Part shown: piece after piece, positions 1-9,445 of the stretch | Numbering within the stretch: the stretch's first letter is position 1 | Layout of the letters: every line of letters starts with the position of its first letter | Assembly (NCBI GenBank): GCA_020353515.1 | Contig: CP070695.1 | Coordinates: forward strand, 2,390,966 to 2,454,965 | DNA from: Candidatus Heimdallarchaeota archaeon | GTDB lineage: Archaea; Asgardarchaeota; Heimdallarchaeia; Hodarchaeales; Hodarchaeaceae | Reading direction: 5' to 3' | Length of the DNA: 64,000 nt | Position numbers and translations under genes: made by a program | The notes under the pieces: generated by a model | What the model saw: the letters and a program-made list of their open reading frames with translations, nothing else | Database searches by the model: none | Told to the model about the DNA's origin: nothing

Positions 1-78
1 CTCGGCAATCCCTATTGATGGGACTAATAATAGCAAGAAGATACTGATTGCTATCATAAATGAAAATTTTTTTCTCAT
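1..78 (-). CDS. N-terminus of a secreted/membrane protein (runs off the left edge)
   Basis: ATG at 78 preceded by GAGGA; reads MRKKFSFMIAISIFLLLLVPSIGIAE, with a basic n-region and hydrophobic h-region typical of a signal peptide. Confidence 0.6.
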   Translation of the reverse strand, partial: MRKKFSFMIAISIFLLLLVPSIGIAE

Positions 79-228
79 TCTTGTTTCCTCGTTTTTTAAG
101 AAGTCTTTATTGAATAAAGATTCAGGTACAATTTCTAATTATCAAAAAATATAAGAGTTTCCAAATGGTAACACGAAAAATATATTCTAAAATGGATTTA
201 CCATTCATTCAAATTTCTGATATTGATT

Positions 229-870
229 TTATTCGACTGCTACATGATCAATTTCTCCTAATTTAACTCGTCCTATGAGAAAGAGTAACCAGCTTGGTAA
301 GAGGAGAATCATACTAAAAGCAGATTGAAGATATAAGTCGCTTCCTATTATCGCAAAAACTACTCCTATAAAGAGAGTAACATGTTGAATTAATCTAATA
401 TTTGGTTTAAGAACAAAAAAATACCGACTATAAGAAATTAGAATCAGAACTATTCCTATTAACAAAAAGGTTATGAATGAGTTATTGGAAAACCAATTAG
501 GATATAAAAAATACATTAGAAATAATAATTCAGCAAAAACAATGCTTAGGAAACTCCCTACGCATCCAGAACAAATAGAATGCTCTCCAAGCTGAAATTC
601 ATGATCAACTTGTAATGGAGGAGGATGATGATTGAGGTCAATTCTACAGCTAGGAAACAATCCTGAAAAGGAGAATTGAAAATGAAGGAGTCTAGGAATA
701 ATCGATAATCCTGCAAACATAAACATTCCAATTAAAAATTGCCGTGTGATCCAATCCTCATCCAAGGGACTTGAAATATCTCGAGTCAGAATTGTAGCTA
801 TGCAGATACTGACTATCAACACGGAAAAGGGAGTACCGATAATCAAGGCTTTTTTTATAGCAGTATTCAA
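229..870 (-). CDS. Multi-pass membrane protein with a CxxC motif (possibly DUF2085-like)
   Basis: About 6 hydrophobic helices; ICSGCVG motif preceded by a His-containing loop. Confidence 0.55.
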   Translation of the reverse strand: MNTAIKKALIIGTPFSVLIVSICIATILTRDISSPLDEDWITRQFLIGMFMFAGLSIIPRLLHFQFSFSGLFPSCRIDLNHHPPPLQVDHEFQLGEHSICSGCVGSFLSIVFAELLFLMYFLYPNWFSNNSFITFLLIGIVLILISYSRYFFVLKPNIRLIQHVTLFIGVVFAIIGSDLYLQSAFSMILLLPSWLLFLIGRVKLGEIDHVAVE

Positions 871-981
871 AAGGAAGCACCTATGAATTGATGTTCAGTT
901 AGGTTGAGGAAGAAATTTAAAACTACCTAAGAACTTATGCTGTTTTAGTGAATTCAGACTAGTTCCCTCGAGATGAGTTAA

Positions 982-1977
982 GTGAAATTCATGGTTACAG
1001 GTGGTAGTGGTTTCGTAGGGAGTCACATTGTTGATGCTTTAGAAAAACATTTTCCTCCCTCAAGCATATCACTAATTGTTCGTAATCCAACGAAAGTAAA
1101 AATACGATCAGAGGCAGGAATTACTGTTTTTCAAGGGGATATTACTAATCTTGAATCATTACACCGTGTTATGACAGATTTTCGTCCTAATGTTGTAATT
1201 CATGCCGCAGCACTGGCAGATGATTGGGCTCCCCTCTCAAAATTGATGGAGACAAATGCTCAAGGTACTCAAAATATAATTGATGCAATGGTTCAATCAT
1301 GTACAGCTGATTTGCTGATTCACATTTCTTCCTCAGGAGTTTATCCTAGAAAAACTTCTGTTCATTTAGCTGAAGATACTCCATATGGGCCATATGGTGA
1401 TTACCATAAATCTAAAGTAGCTGCGGAAGAGATAGTCAAGGCTACAATGGAAAAGAGACTTGTAAATACTACAATAATACGCCCACCCAACGTTATGGGA
1501 ATTAGAGATTTCACACATATGGCAAGAATATGTCAGGCCATTAAAAAAAGGAAATTTCCCATTATAAATGAAGGTAAGGCCATTCAGACATGGGTAGCTG
1601 CAGAGGATTTAGCACAAGCAGTCATTCTTGCTATAAACCTGCAAAAAAAGGCAAGTGGTCAAATATATAATGTTAAATCATTTGAAATATCTGTGAAAGA
1701 ACTTTACAATCAAATTGCGTCAAGATTAAACATTACAAAACCTCCCAAAAAATATTCTTACCGTTTAGCATATATCGGAGGATTTATTTCAGAAATTATT
1801 GGAAAATTAAAACAAAAACCCTCTACTCTTAATCGTTACCGTGTTATCAAATTTGGTAAGGATCGCCTTTTTGATGATTCAAAAATTCGTTCTGAGCTGA
1901 ATTATCAACCTATAGCGTCAGCAAAAGATACAATCGCAGACACGGTGACATGGCTACAAAAAGAAGGAATAGTATGA
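982..1977 (+). CDS. NAD-dependent epimerase/dehydratase (extended SDR, 3-beta-HSD-like)
   Basis: TGGSGFVG Rossmann motif, HAAA, YHKSK (YxxxK), IIRP. Confidence 0.9.
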   Translation: MKFMVTGGSGFVGSHIVDALEKHFPPSSISLIVRNPTKVKIRSEAGITVFQGDITNLESLHRVMTDFRPNVVIHAAALADDWAPLSKLMETNAQGTQNIIDAMVQSCTADLLIHISSSGVYPRKTSVHLAEDTPYGPYGDYHKSKVAAEEIVKATMEKRLVNTTIIRPPNVMGIRDFTHMARICQAIKKRKFPIINEGKAIQTWVAAEDLAQAVILAINLQKKASGQIYNVKSFEISVKELYNQIASRLNITKPPKKYSYRLAYIGGFISEIIGKLKQKPSTLNRYRVIKFGKDRLFDDSKIRSELNYQPIASAKDTIADTVTWLQKEGIV

Positions 1978-1990
1978 TTGATGTGAGTTT

Positions 1991-2488
1991 ATGGAAGCAA
2001 GATACATCATTAGAACATTATGTTATGCGCTAGAGAATCAAGTACGTTTTGTTACCAATGATTTAAATGATGAGGATCTACGGTGGAGATCTGATATTGG
2101 ATCTCCAGCCATCGGATGGATAGTAGGTCATGTATTGGTTGGACATGATATGATTGCTAGTCATCGGTTTTGTGGAAATGCAATAATCCTCTCTGAAGAG
2201 TATAGTACCAACTTTGGAATGGGTACTAATGGAGATTTTCCTGAACCTTTCACTTTAGATGATCTTTTTATTAAATTTAAACAGGTAAATGGGAAAATAA
2301 CTAAAGTTCTGAGTGATAAAAATGATAAGTGGCTTGAAGAATTTTATGATGACTCTGGATTCCCTCCAAATTGGCAAAATAAAAATATCGGAAAAGCGTT
2401 CATTTTGCATTTTAACCATCAATTTACCCATACAGGGCAAATCTTAGAAATCAGACGAATGCGGGGTCGAGGAGCATGGGGGTTTTAA
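1991..2488 (+). CDS. DinB/YfiT family protein
   Basis: IGWIVGH and HQFTHTGQI His triad. Confidence 0.85.
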   Translation: MEARYIIRTLCYALENQVRFVTNDLNDEDLRWRSDIGSPAIGWIVGHVLVGHDMIASHRFCGNAIILSEEYSTNFGMGTNGDFPEPFTLDDLFIKFKQVNGKITKVLSDKNDKWLEEFYDDSGFPPNWQNKNIGKAFILHFNHQFTHTGQILEIRRMRGRGAWGF

Positions 2489-2508
2489 TAGCTTTGTAAA
2501 TTCTAAAG

Positions 2509-3543
2509 ATGAGGAATTTGGACCAGAAGATTGCGAGAATTGTCAATGTGGAATGGATAGCTCAAGAACTACAACAAAAGTTTGAAACTACTGGACCATT
2601 AATTGAGGTTGTTGTTGATATCGTTCCAAAAACTATCCAGGTGAAGAAAGAAGCTTACAAACCGTCCCACTATCTTATTATCCAAGGGTCTTTCGATCCT
2701 CCTACTTCATCGCATATAAATCTTATTTCAAAAGCAATTTATCTTCACTCTAAACTCTATGCGTCAAACAAAATTAAAGTTTTACTCCTACTCTCGCTTT
2801 CTCATGTTGATAAAAGAATAGATGTCTTAAATCGCTCATTATTAGGTTATAGAGTCGAAATGCTAGAAAATTTATATTCTTCTCTTAAGATAAAAACCCC
2901 CATTTCGATTGGTTTGTCAAATGTGGCCCGATACATTGATTTAATTGATGCTATTCGGCAATTTTTTCCTAAAATAGAAAAATTATCATTTGTTATGGGG
3001 ATGGACGTCTTTAAGAAACTTCTGGATGCTTCTTACTACTCAAAGCCTGTCGAAGAAGTGTTACATCTGATTTTTAGAGCTAATTACTATATTGCAGGTA
3101 GAAGGGACGTTTTTTCAAAAAAAGAATTTGATACATTCCTCAATAAACATTTACACCAGAAATATCACCAATACGTTCATTTCTTATCTTTATCAAAATC
3201 CTATAGATTTCTAAATGCGACATCAATTCGAGAAAAATATTCTAATGATCAACCCATTCAGGAATTGTATACTCACTCCACGATAATTAAATATTTGAAA
3301 AAGAATAATATATACCGTCTAACACCAAAATGGATTGCAACGAAAATCGCAATCCATTTAGTTGTCCAATTGACATTAGAATCAGGTAAAGATCAAATAA
3401 TAGCAATTAAGATCTTGAGACAGTTGTTACCTGAAATTGAAAGAAAACCTGATTTGCAACAACAACTAATTAATGACTACAAATCCAAAAAAACAGAAGA
3501 AATTTCCAAGAGATGGAACCAATTAATCAACCTAATTTCGTAA
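2509..3543 (+). CDS. Cytidylyltransferase-like nucleotidyltransferase (NMNAT/NadD-like, Pof1-like)
   Basis: QGSFDPPTSSH (degenerate HxGH), LLLSLSHVDK, FVMGMD, NATSIRE. Confidence 0.75.
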   Translation: MRNLDQKIARIVNVEWIAQELQQKFETTGPLIEVVVDIVPKTIQVKKEAYKPSHYLIIQGSFDPPTSSHINLISKAIYLHSKLYASNKIKVLLLLSLSHVDKRIDVLNRSLLGYRVEMLENLYSSLKIKTPISIGLSNVARYIDLIDAIRQFFPKIEKLSFVMGMDVFKKLLDASYYSKPVEEVLHLIFRANYYIAGRRDVFSKKEFDTFLNKHLHQKYHQYVHFLSLSKSYRFLNATSIREKYSNDQPIQELYTHSTIIKYLKKNNIYRLTPKWIATKIAIHLVVQLTLESGKDQIIAIKILRQLLPEIERKPDLQQQLINDYKSKKTEEISKRWNQLINLIS

Positions 3544-4124
3544 AAGAACTCCAAGAAATAATAGATGGGGTATTTGATCCAATAAAATCTACATATGCAA
3601 TTTCTTACGGATTACTCCACGCATATACCAAGAGGTATATCATTCCATTACTTCATAAAAATGATTTAACAATAGCAACCGTAGAACTAACTACATGTGG
3701 TCTAATAAGTGATCTACTTACAGGATCAAGTGGTGCCTCACACATATTTATTCTAGGGATGATCCCCTACTCAAATGAAATGAAAATTAAATTAGGAATA
3801 GAAGATGAGGATTTATCATTTGGAGGATATGGAGTTGCTTCTCCAGAGACAGCTAAGCAACTAGCAGAGCGAATAAGAGAGTTTTCTGGAGCTAATATTG
3901 GTCTTGCAGAAACAGGTTTAATATCATCATCAGAATTAGAAAAGAGAAGAACAGAAAAAAAAGCTGGAGAAGTGTATACAGCGATTTCTTTTCACGAAGA
4001 GGTTTTAGTAACAAGGTTATCAATCCAAGAGGATCTAAAAAGAAGAGAAATGCGTCAAGAAATAGCTTACCGTGTTTTACAGTTTCTAGGAGATTTTTTG
4101 AAAACTCAGGTAACTGATGACTAA
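3513..4124 (+). CDS. CinA C-terminal / PncC (NMN deamidase)-like protein, divergent
   Basis: ATVELTTCGLIS..GAS..F...YSNEMK..LGI and GVASPETA align with PncC AESCTGG...YSNEAK...GAVS; overlaps the upstream gene by 31 nt. Confidence 0.8.
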   Translation: MEPINQPNFVKELQEIIDGVFDPIKSTYAISYGLLHAYTKRYIIPLLHKNDLTIATVELTTCGLISDLLTGSSGASHIFILGMIPYSNEMKIKLGIEDEDLSFGGYGVASPETAKQLAERIREFSGANIGLAETGLISSSELEKRRTEKKAGEVYTAISFHEEVLVTRLSIQEDLKRREMRQEIAYRVLQFLGDFLKTQVTDD

Positions 4125-5665
4125 TTGTTTACCTCATAGACAACATCAAGTAACGTTCCATCACGATATTCTACAACTGTGCAAATTTCATCTGTGAATT
4201 CTAGTTCTGGTGGTGCAGCTTGACTATAAGCCATATCCTTTAATTCAGTGATATCTGTTATTTCAATCCCTCCTTTTGATAACATATTTCTTAACTTAAC
4301 TCTTTTTGGATTTACAGCTATCCCAGCATCTGTTATCAAGACATCAATCATTTCACCTGGAGTTGAAACAGTTGTGACCCGATCTCGTACAATCGGCACC
4401 TTCCTAGCAATTGGACAGGTAATAATTGTTAATTGAGCAGCTGCGGCATCAGTATGACCTCCGATACCGTGAAGTAACAAACCATCAGAATGTGTATTAA
4501 CATTTACATTGAAATCTACGTCAATTTCAGTTGCTCCAAGGGCGACCACATCTACATAATGAGCAAGAGGACCACCAGGGGCCCAAATATTATAGGAATT
4601 TTGAGCAGACCATTCATAATGACAAGGATTTTCTCGTAAGGATTTCGCAGCAACAAGGTCAAAGGATTGTCCATCAAAGATCTTTCTGACTAACCCTTCC
4701 TCTAACAACTTAACTGCGGCTCCTGTAGTTCCCCCATGAATAAAAGATCCTTGAATTTCTCTTTCAATCATTATTTCGTGGAGGAATTGGGTTGTGCCAA
4801 GAGAAACCCCCCCTGCTCCTGCTTGAAATGACATCCCCTCTTTCACATAACCAGCTGCTTCAGCTACTTTTACTACTTGTTCTGCAATTTCTAAATGACG
4901 ATCAGTAACATTTCTGCCGAGAGAGCCCGCAACTATCTTTTTCGGATCTCCAATACGATCTACTGTTACTATATAGTCAACTTTATCGCCTCTTATGCTT
5001 ACAGGATAAACAGGTTCGTCTGTCAATAGATTATCAGTAACTAAAACGACTTTATCAGCGTAAATAGAATCAGTCTCATTAGCAAAACCACAGGCCCCAT
5101 AAGCAGAGGGTCCTTGACATCCATTCATATTACCCATTTCATCCACCGCAGGAGCAGCTATGAAAGAAACGTCAAGATGAAGTTCTCCGCATTCTACAGC
5201 GCGTGCTCGACCCCCGTGCGAACGTAAACTGGTTGGAATGTTTAATTCTCCTGTCGAAACAGCTTTTCCAATAGGACCATTCATCGATCCAGAAATACAG
5301 CTAATTACTCCTGAATGAATATGTTCAATGAGAGGTTCGTGATTAGGAAATAAAGCAGTAGATGCTATAGTTAAATTCTTGTAACCCATACTCGCTATTG
5401 TGTCCATCACCTCACAGATAACAAAATCGCCGTATCTGAGGTTGTGGATAAAGCCAATGGTCATACCATCACTGAGATTGACCTTGGAGATTACCTGTTC
5501 TAAATCATCAAATATTCGTTTTGTTTTAGTTGTAGTAATGTATGGAGAGTACTTACGACCGATTTTAGATCCTTTAGGTGCCGTTGAATATGCTCCTGCG
5601 TAAGGGATATATTTTCTTCCGAAGATTTTTTCTGGGACATTTCTTCTAACTGCGTTTATTACCAT
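4121..5665 (-). CDS. citF: Citrate lyase alpha subunit / citrate CoA-transferase
   Basis: LSDGMTIGFIHNLRYGD, RSHGGRARA, SFQAGAGG, LGATEIDVDFNVNV, GIGGHTD, VEYRDGTLLDVV. Confidence 0.9.
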   Translation of the reverse strand: MVINAVRRNVPEKIFGRKYIPYAGAYSTAPKGSKIGRKYSPYITTTKTKRIFDDLEQVISKVNLSDGMTIGFIHNLRYGDFVICEVMDTIASMGYKNLTIASTALFPNHEPLIEHIHSGVISCISGSMNGPIGKAVSTGELNIPTSLRSHGGRARAVECGELHLDVSFIAAPAVDEMGNMNGCQGPSAYGACGFANETDSIYADKVVLVTDNLLTDEPVYPVSIRGDKVDYIVTVDRIGDPKKIVAGSLGRNVTDRHLEIAEQVVKVAEAAGYVKEGMSFQAGAGGVSLGTTQFLHEIMIEREIQGSFIHGGTTGAAVKLLEEGLVRKIFDGQSFDLVAAKSLRENPCHYEWSAQNSYNIWAPGGPLAHYVDVVALGATEIDVDFNVNVNTHSDGLLLHGIGGHTDAAAAQLTIITCPIARKVPIVRDRVTTVSTPGEMIDVLITDAGIAVNPKRVKLRNMLSKGGIEITDITELKDMAYSQAAPPELEFTDEICTVVEYRDGTLLDVVYEVNN

Positions 5666-5791
5666 TAGAAATAGCCTCTGATAACTAATTTCCCCTAGAA
5701 GTCAATTTCAGGGTGTCAAAGAAAAGGGCAAAAATCTTTTGTAACAGGTAGGAGAAGATTGAGGGAGATAGGTATTGGTCGAATATATCTA

Positions 5792-6526
5792 TTAATGACT
5801 CATAAGTAAAATGAATACAATGAATATTATCCCTAATCCCAATATAGTAAGGTTAAATTTTGAAGCTTCCATCTCTGATTCAGGAAGTAACCTACTAGCT
5901 CCAATGTAAAGTAATGTACCAGCAGATAACGCTAATAATATACCTAATTGAGCATCTCCAATATTATAAACAAATGGAAAGGCGAGAATTGCCCCTAATG
6001 GAGTGGAGATAGATGCTGCCAAGAATGAGAATATTAATGATCTTCTTTCACTGAATCCAGCCTTTTTTAGAAGTAAAAATGTTATAATACCTTCAGGAAT
6101 TTCGTGAAAAACCATTGCAGTAGAGGTAACAACACCTGTGATCATACTCACGTTGAAAGTAACCATATATATTATGCCATCAACAAATGAATGAAGCCCA
6201 ATACCCCAAGCTGAAATGATTCCAAGGCTATAATATTGTTTTTCTTCTCGGTTAAAAGAGCCATGATCATCTAAGAATCTATCATATACATGTAATGATA
6301 AGAATCCTAGTAACACAAATAGAGGCGCACTCACATTCAATTCAATTGATTCTGGGATGACATGTAATAATGATACCGCTATCAATAGTCCTGCTGCAAA
6401 ACTCATGAAGTAAAAAACATTTCTTTGACCCCATTCTTGATACTTCCATATAATAATAATCCCTATAGATGTACTAATAGACGCGATTAAGCTGAAAATT
6501 ATCGCAAGGCTAGGTTCTGGAAGCAT
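5792..6526 (-). CDS. ZIP family metal transporter
   Basis: FAAGLLIAVSLLHVIPE, LHSFVDG, HEIPEG, AGTLLY; about 8 TM helices. Confidence 0.92.
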   Translation of the reverse strand: MLPEPSLAIIFSLIASISTSIGIIIIWKYQEWGQRNVFYFMSFAAGLLIAVSLLHVIPESIELNVSAPLFVLLGFLSLHVYDRFLDDHGSFNREEKQYYSLGIISAWGIGLHSFVDGIIYMVTFNVSMITGVVTSTAMVFHEIPEGIITFLLLKKAGFSERRSLIFSFLAASISTPLGAILAFPFVYNIGDAQLGILLALSAGTLLYIGASRLLPESEMEASKFNLTILGLGIIFIVFILLMSH

Positions 6527-6546
6527 TATATTAACCTCTTTTCTTG

Positions 6547-6987
6547 TTAATTTTTATCGTTTAGACAAATTCTTTCGGACAAGACAGCTTCTTGTAGCTT
6601 ACAATCGTTACTGCAATTAAATTTATTTTTAACTGCATTTACAAAATCACAGGAAACAGTGGGAGTTAAACATAGTGTTTCCTTCTTTCTAATATCTTCT
6701 GAGAGATCAAGCGTTTCCTCAAAATATCTTTCAAGTAAATGCATATGCCAATTAAGATGTAAAGCCTCCTCGTTCCCTTTACCTGTTAATTCTACAACTC
6801 TATGAGGTTCCCATTCAACCAATTGGAATTTTTTCAGTTTTTTTATCATAGTGTGTAGAGATTGCCTAGTTCGGGAAAAACCATATTCATTTGTTAATAC
6901 TTCAAAAAGATGTCCGGCAGTGATTGGTTTCTTTCTTACATAAAGGAATAGAAGAATCAATTTCTCAGAGTCTGAAAATTCTACCAT
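6547..6987 (-). CDS. DtxR/MntR family metal-dependent regulator
   Basis: wHTH (TMIKKL...VELTGKG), HLLERYF..TLD dimerisation helix; directly upstream of the ZIP gene. Confidence 0.75.
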   Translation of the reverse strand: MVEFSDSEKLILLFLYVRKKPITAGHLFEVLTNEYGFSRTRQSLHTMIKKLKKFQLVEWEPHRVVELTGKGNEEALHLNWHMHLLERYFEETLDLSEDIRKKETLCLTPTVSCDFVNAVKNKFNCSNDCKLQEAVLSERICLNDKN

Positions 6988-7270
6988 TTTTTATCATCAA
7001 TCAAACATTTTTATAATGCCTAGAGTAATTTTATTCCGTTTATAGCTATTTACCAATCAGTTTTAAAGGTAGCTGACAAATATCAATAATCTTTAAATTC
7101 AAAAATAAAGCAATTAAATAATGTTAGTACCCTAATTAAATTATTAAATATTAATAAAAGAACATCTAGATTGATTTTAATTCTGTGTACAATTTTTAGA
7201 GCTTCTCCTAAAGGAATAACGTTTTAAAAATGACAAGACTCATAATAAAAACGATAAAAACTGTATATCA

Positions 7271-8149
7271 ATGTCACATCAATTACACAGAATTACAGAC
7301 AATATTCATTTAGTACAAGGGAAAAATAACGGAAAATTTCCTTTTTCTCATTCCATCCTAATTTCTGGTGATTCAAAAGAAACCATCCTAATTGATACAG
7401 GATGTGGTATTGAAAATCTTAAATCACTAAAGGATGAATTTCAGATAAACTGTGTGATCAATTCTCATACTCATCCTGACCACTCTGCGGGTAACTGGCT
7501 TTTTCGAAATAATACAGAGGAAATTATGGTTCCTGTTGAAGGATTTAAAACTAGTGGGAATATTTTTGCATTATCTAACAGATTTACTGAACCTGGAGAG
7601 ATTGCTAAATACTGGAGGAATCATGTTCCAAGAATAATGGGAATGAAGAATTGCACTCCAACACAGAGCTTTGACCACAAATCAGTTTTTATCTTTGAAA
7701 ACGTTAAACTTCTCCCCATTTATACACCAGGACATACTATTGACCACTACTGTTTCTATGAACCAAATGACAAAATTCTATTTTCTTTTGATATAGATTT
7801 GACTTCTTTTGGTCCCTGGTATGGCCATCGTGAGTCAAGTATCCCTCAATTTAAAGAATCGATTACTAGGCTTAAAGAATTAGAAATTAATACTCTAGTT
7901 TCATCACATAAGGGTATACTAACAGAAAATATCCAAGACCAACTAGATAGTTTTTATGCGAAATTTGAAGAAAGAAAAAGAAAAATTAGTACTCTATTTC
8001 AAAATGGAGCCCTTACTATCAATCAACTTGTCGAAGAAAAACCAATTTATGGAGAATTTCCATATGCAAAGCCTTTACTCCGTTATTGGGAAATACAAAT
8101 GATAAAAAAGCACTTAGCAGAGATCAAACATCAATCTAATGATTTATAG
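7271..8149 (+). CDS. MBL-fold metallo-hydrolase
   Basis: LIDTG, SHTHPDH, TPGHT, SSH. Confidence 0.92.
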   Translation: MSHQLHRITDNIHLVQGKNNGKFPFSHSILISGDSKETILIDTGCGIENLKSLKDEFQINCVINSHTHPDHSAGNWLFRNNTEEIMVPVEGFKTSGNIFALSNRFTEPGEIAKYWRNHVPRIMGMKNCTPTQSFDHKSVFIFENVKLLPIYTPGHTIDHYCFYEPNDKILFSFDIDLTSFGPWYGHRESSIPQFKESITRLKELEINTLVSSHKGILTENIQDQLDSFYAKFEERKRKISTLFQNGALTINQLVEEKPIYGEFPYAKPLLRYWEIQMIKKHLAEIKHQSNDL

Positions 8150-8373
8150 GTTATGACAAAAAGATTACGTGTTGCCTACCTTGAAAGGTGGGTTGAGTGT
8201 TATGAAAGCATGTTGACTTGCGTAGGAGTAATCATAAATTCTATACGTTTCTAAAATAGTTATAAATTTGAAAAAATTAGCCTAGAATTTCCCTTTTTCA
8301 TGATTTATCCCACTTCTGACATTATTCATAGCTTCGTGTCATATTTGAAAATCTTTCTCATATATATATTGGT

Positions 8374-8844
8374 ATGGTATCTCTTTTCTCATCGAAAAAA
8401 AACACAAAATTCCCAAGGATTTCGTTAATTATGTCCGCTTCAGAAGATTATGAATTAAATAGTTTAATGATTGTTGAGGATAATCCAGACTTGCAGGAGT
8501 TCTACACGATTTTATTTGAGACAACCCCTTGGAGAATTATTTCCCAGACTGATAATTGTTTAATAGCGAAAAAATGTTATACTGATATTTTTCCAAAGCC
8601 TACAATAGTATTGATTGATATTGAACTTCCTGGATGTTCTGGATTTAGTGTTGCTCGGTACATTCTGAAAAATAACCCAGTTCAGAAAATTGTTTTTATT
8701 AGTGGTAAAGTAGACTTGATGAATGATTCATCAATCCCACCTGATCTATGTACCATTCCAAGGATGCCTAAACCATTTCATTTTAATGACTTGCTTGATA
8801 TTTTGGACAAATTAACATCTTCTTCTCAATTAATCTGTTCATAA
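8374..8844 (+). CDS. Stand-alone response regulator receiver (start may be the Met at about 8431)
   Basis: IVEDN, VLIDIELPGCSG, FISG, KPF. Confidence 0.88.
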   Translation: MVSLFSSKKNTKFPRISLIMSASEDYELNSLMIVEDNPDLQEFYTILFETTPWRIISQTDNCLIAKKCYTDIFPKPTIVLIDIELPGCSGFSVARYILKNNPVQKIVFISGKVDLMNDSSIPPDLCTIPRMPKPFHFNDLLDILDKLTSSSQLICS

Positions 8845-9012
8845 GATTAAAATCTATAGAGTTTTTTGAAATAATCTATAATTCTGATTGACATACACCA
8901 CAAGTAGATGAATGTAAACATATTTTTTCTTCAGAAGATCTTTAATTTTAATAATCCTAAGTTTGAAATACTCTTCTTAGATCAGGATTTAAGGATGAAT
9001 CGATGATGTACT

Positions 9013-9440
9013 AAGCGGTGATCGTTCATCTATTCATGTGAGAACTGTAGGAGGTTATGAGGGATCATTTGTTGTTGTTGTGTGTAGAGGATGTCTTGAT
9101 CCACCATGTGTTTCTGTTTGTCCTATTGAAGGAGCTATCCGAAGAAGAGAAAAGGGAGGGGGAGTTCTAATTGATAGAACAATATGCAACTCAGAAGATT
9201 GTCACCATGAATGTGTGGACGCCTGTCCAAAGAACTGAGGATGAATTATTAAACTTAAGGATAGAAATCCAAAGAAAGCGAATTGAAACAAAATTACGAT
9301 TTGGATACGAATATGATACGACAATTGAAAAACTTCCAAATCGTATCTATGAGATGCCAACTGCTCATGGATTACTTTCTGAAATTTAATTAAAAAATCT
9401 CTATAAAGATTATGAAGCTCTCTTAGAAAAGCGATATTAA
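9013..9440 (+). pseudogene. Collapsed remnant of a 4Fe-4S dicluster protein plus the C-terminus of an aldehyde:ferredoxin oxidoreductase
   Basis: SSIHVRTVGGYEGSFVVVVCRGCLDPPCVSVCP...CVDACP lacks both ends and abuts, in another frame, EDELL..EIQRKRIETKLRFGY...LPNRIYEMPTAHG, which has an in-frame TAA at 9387-9389 and continues LKNLYKDYEALLEKRY* to 9440. Confidence 0.7.
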
Positions 9441-9445
9441 AAGAC

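Noticed and set aside
7124-7135. TTAG-tacc-CTAA palindrome upstream of the DtxR-like regulator
   Set aside because: Only 4-bp arms in very AT-rich DNA, and the spacing differs from known DtxR/SirR boxes.
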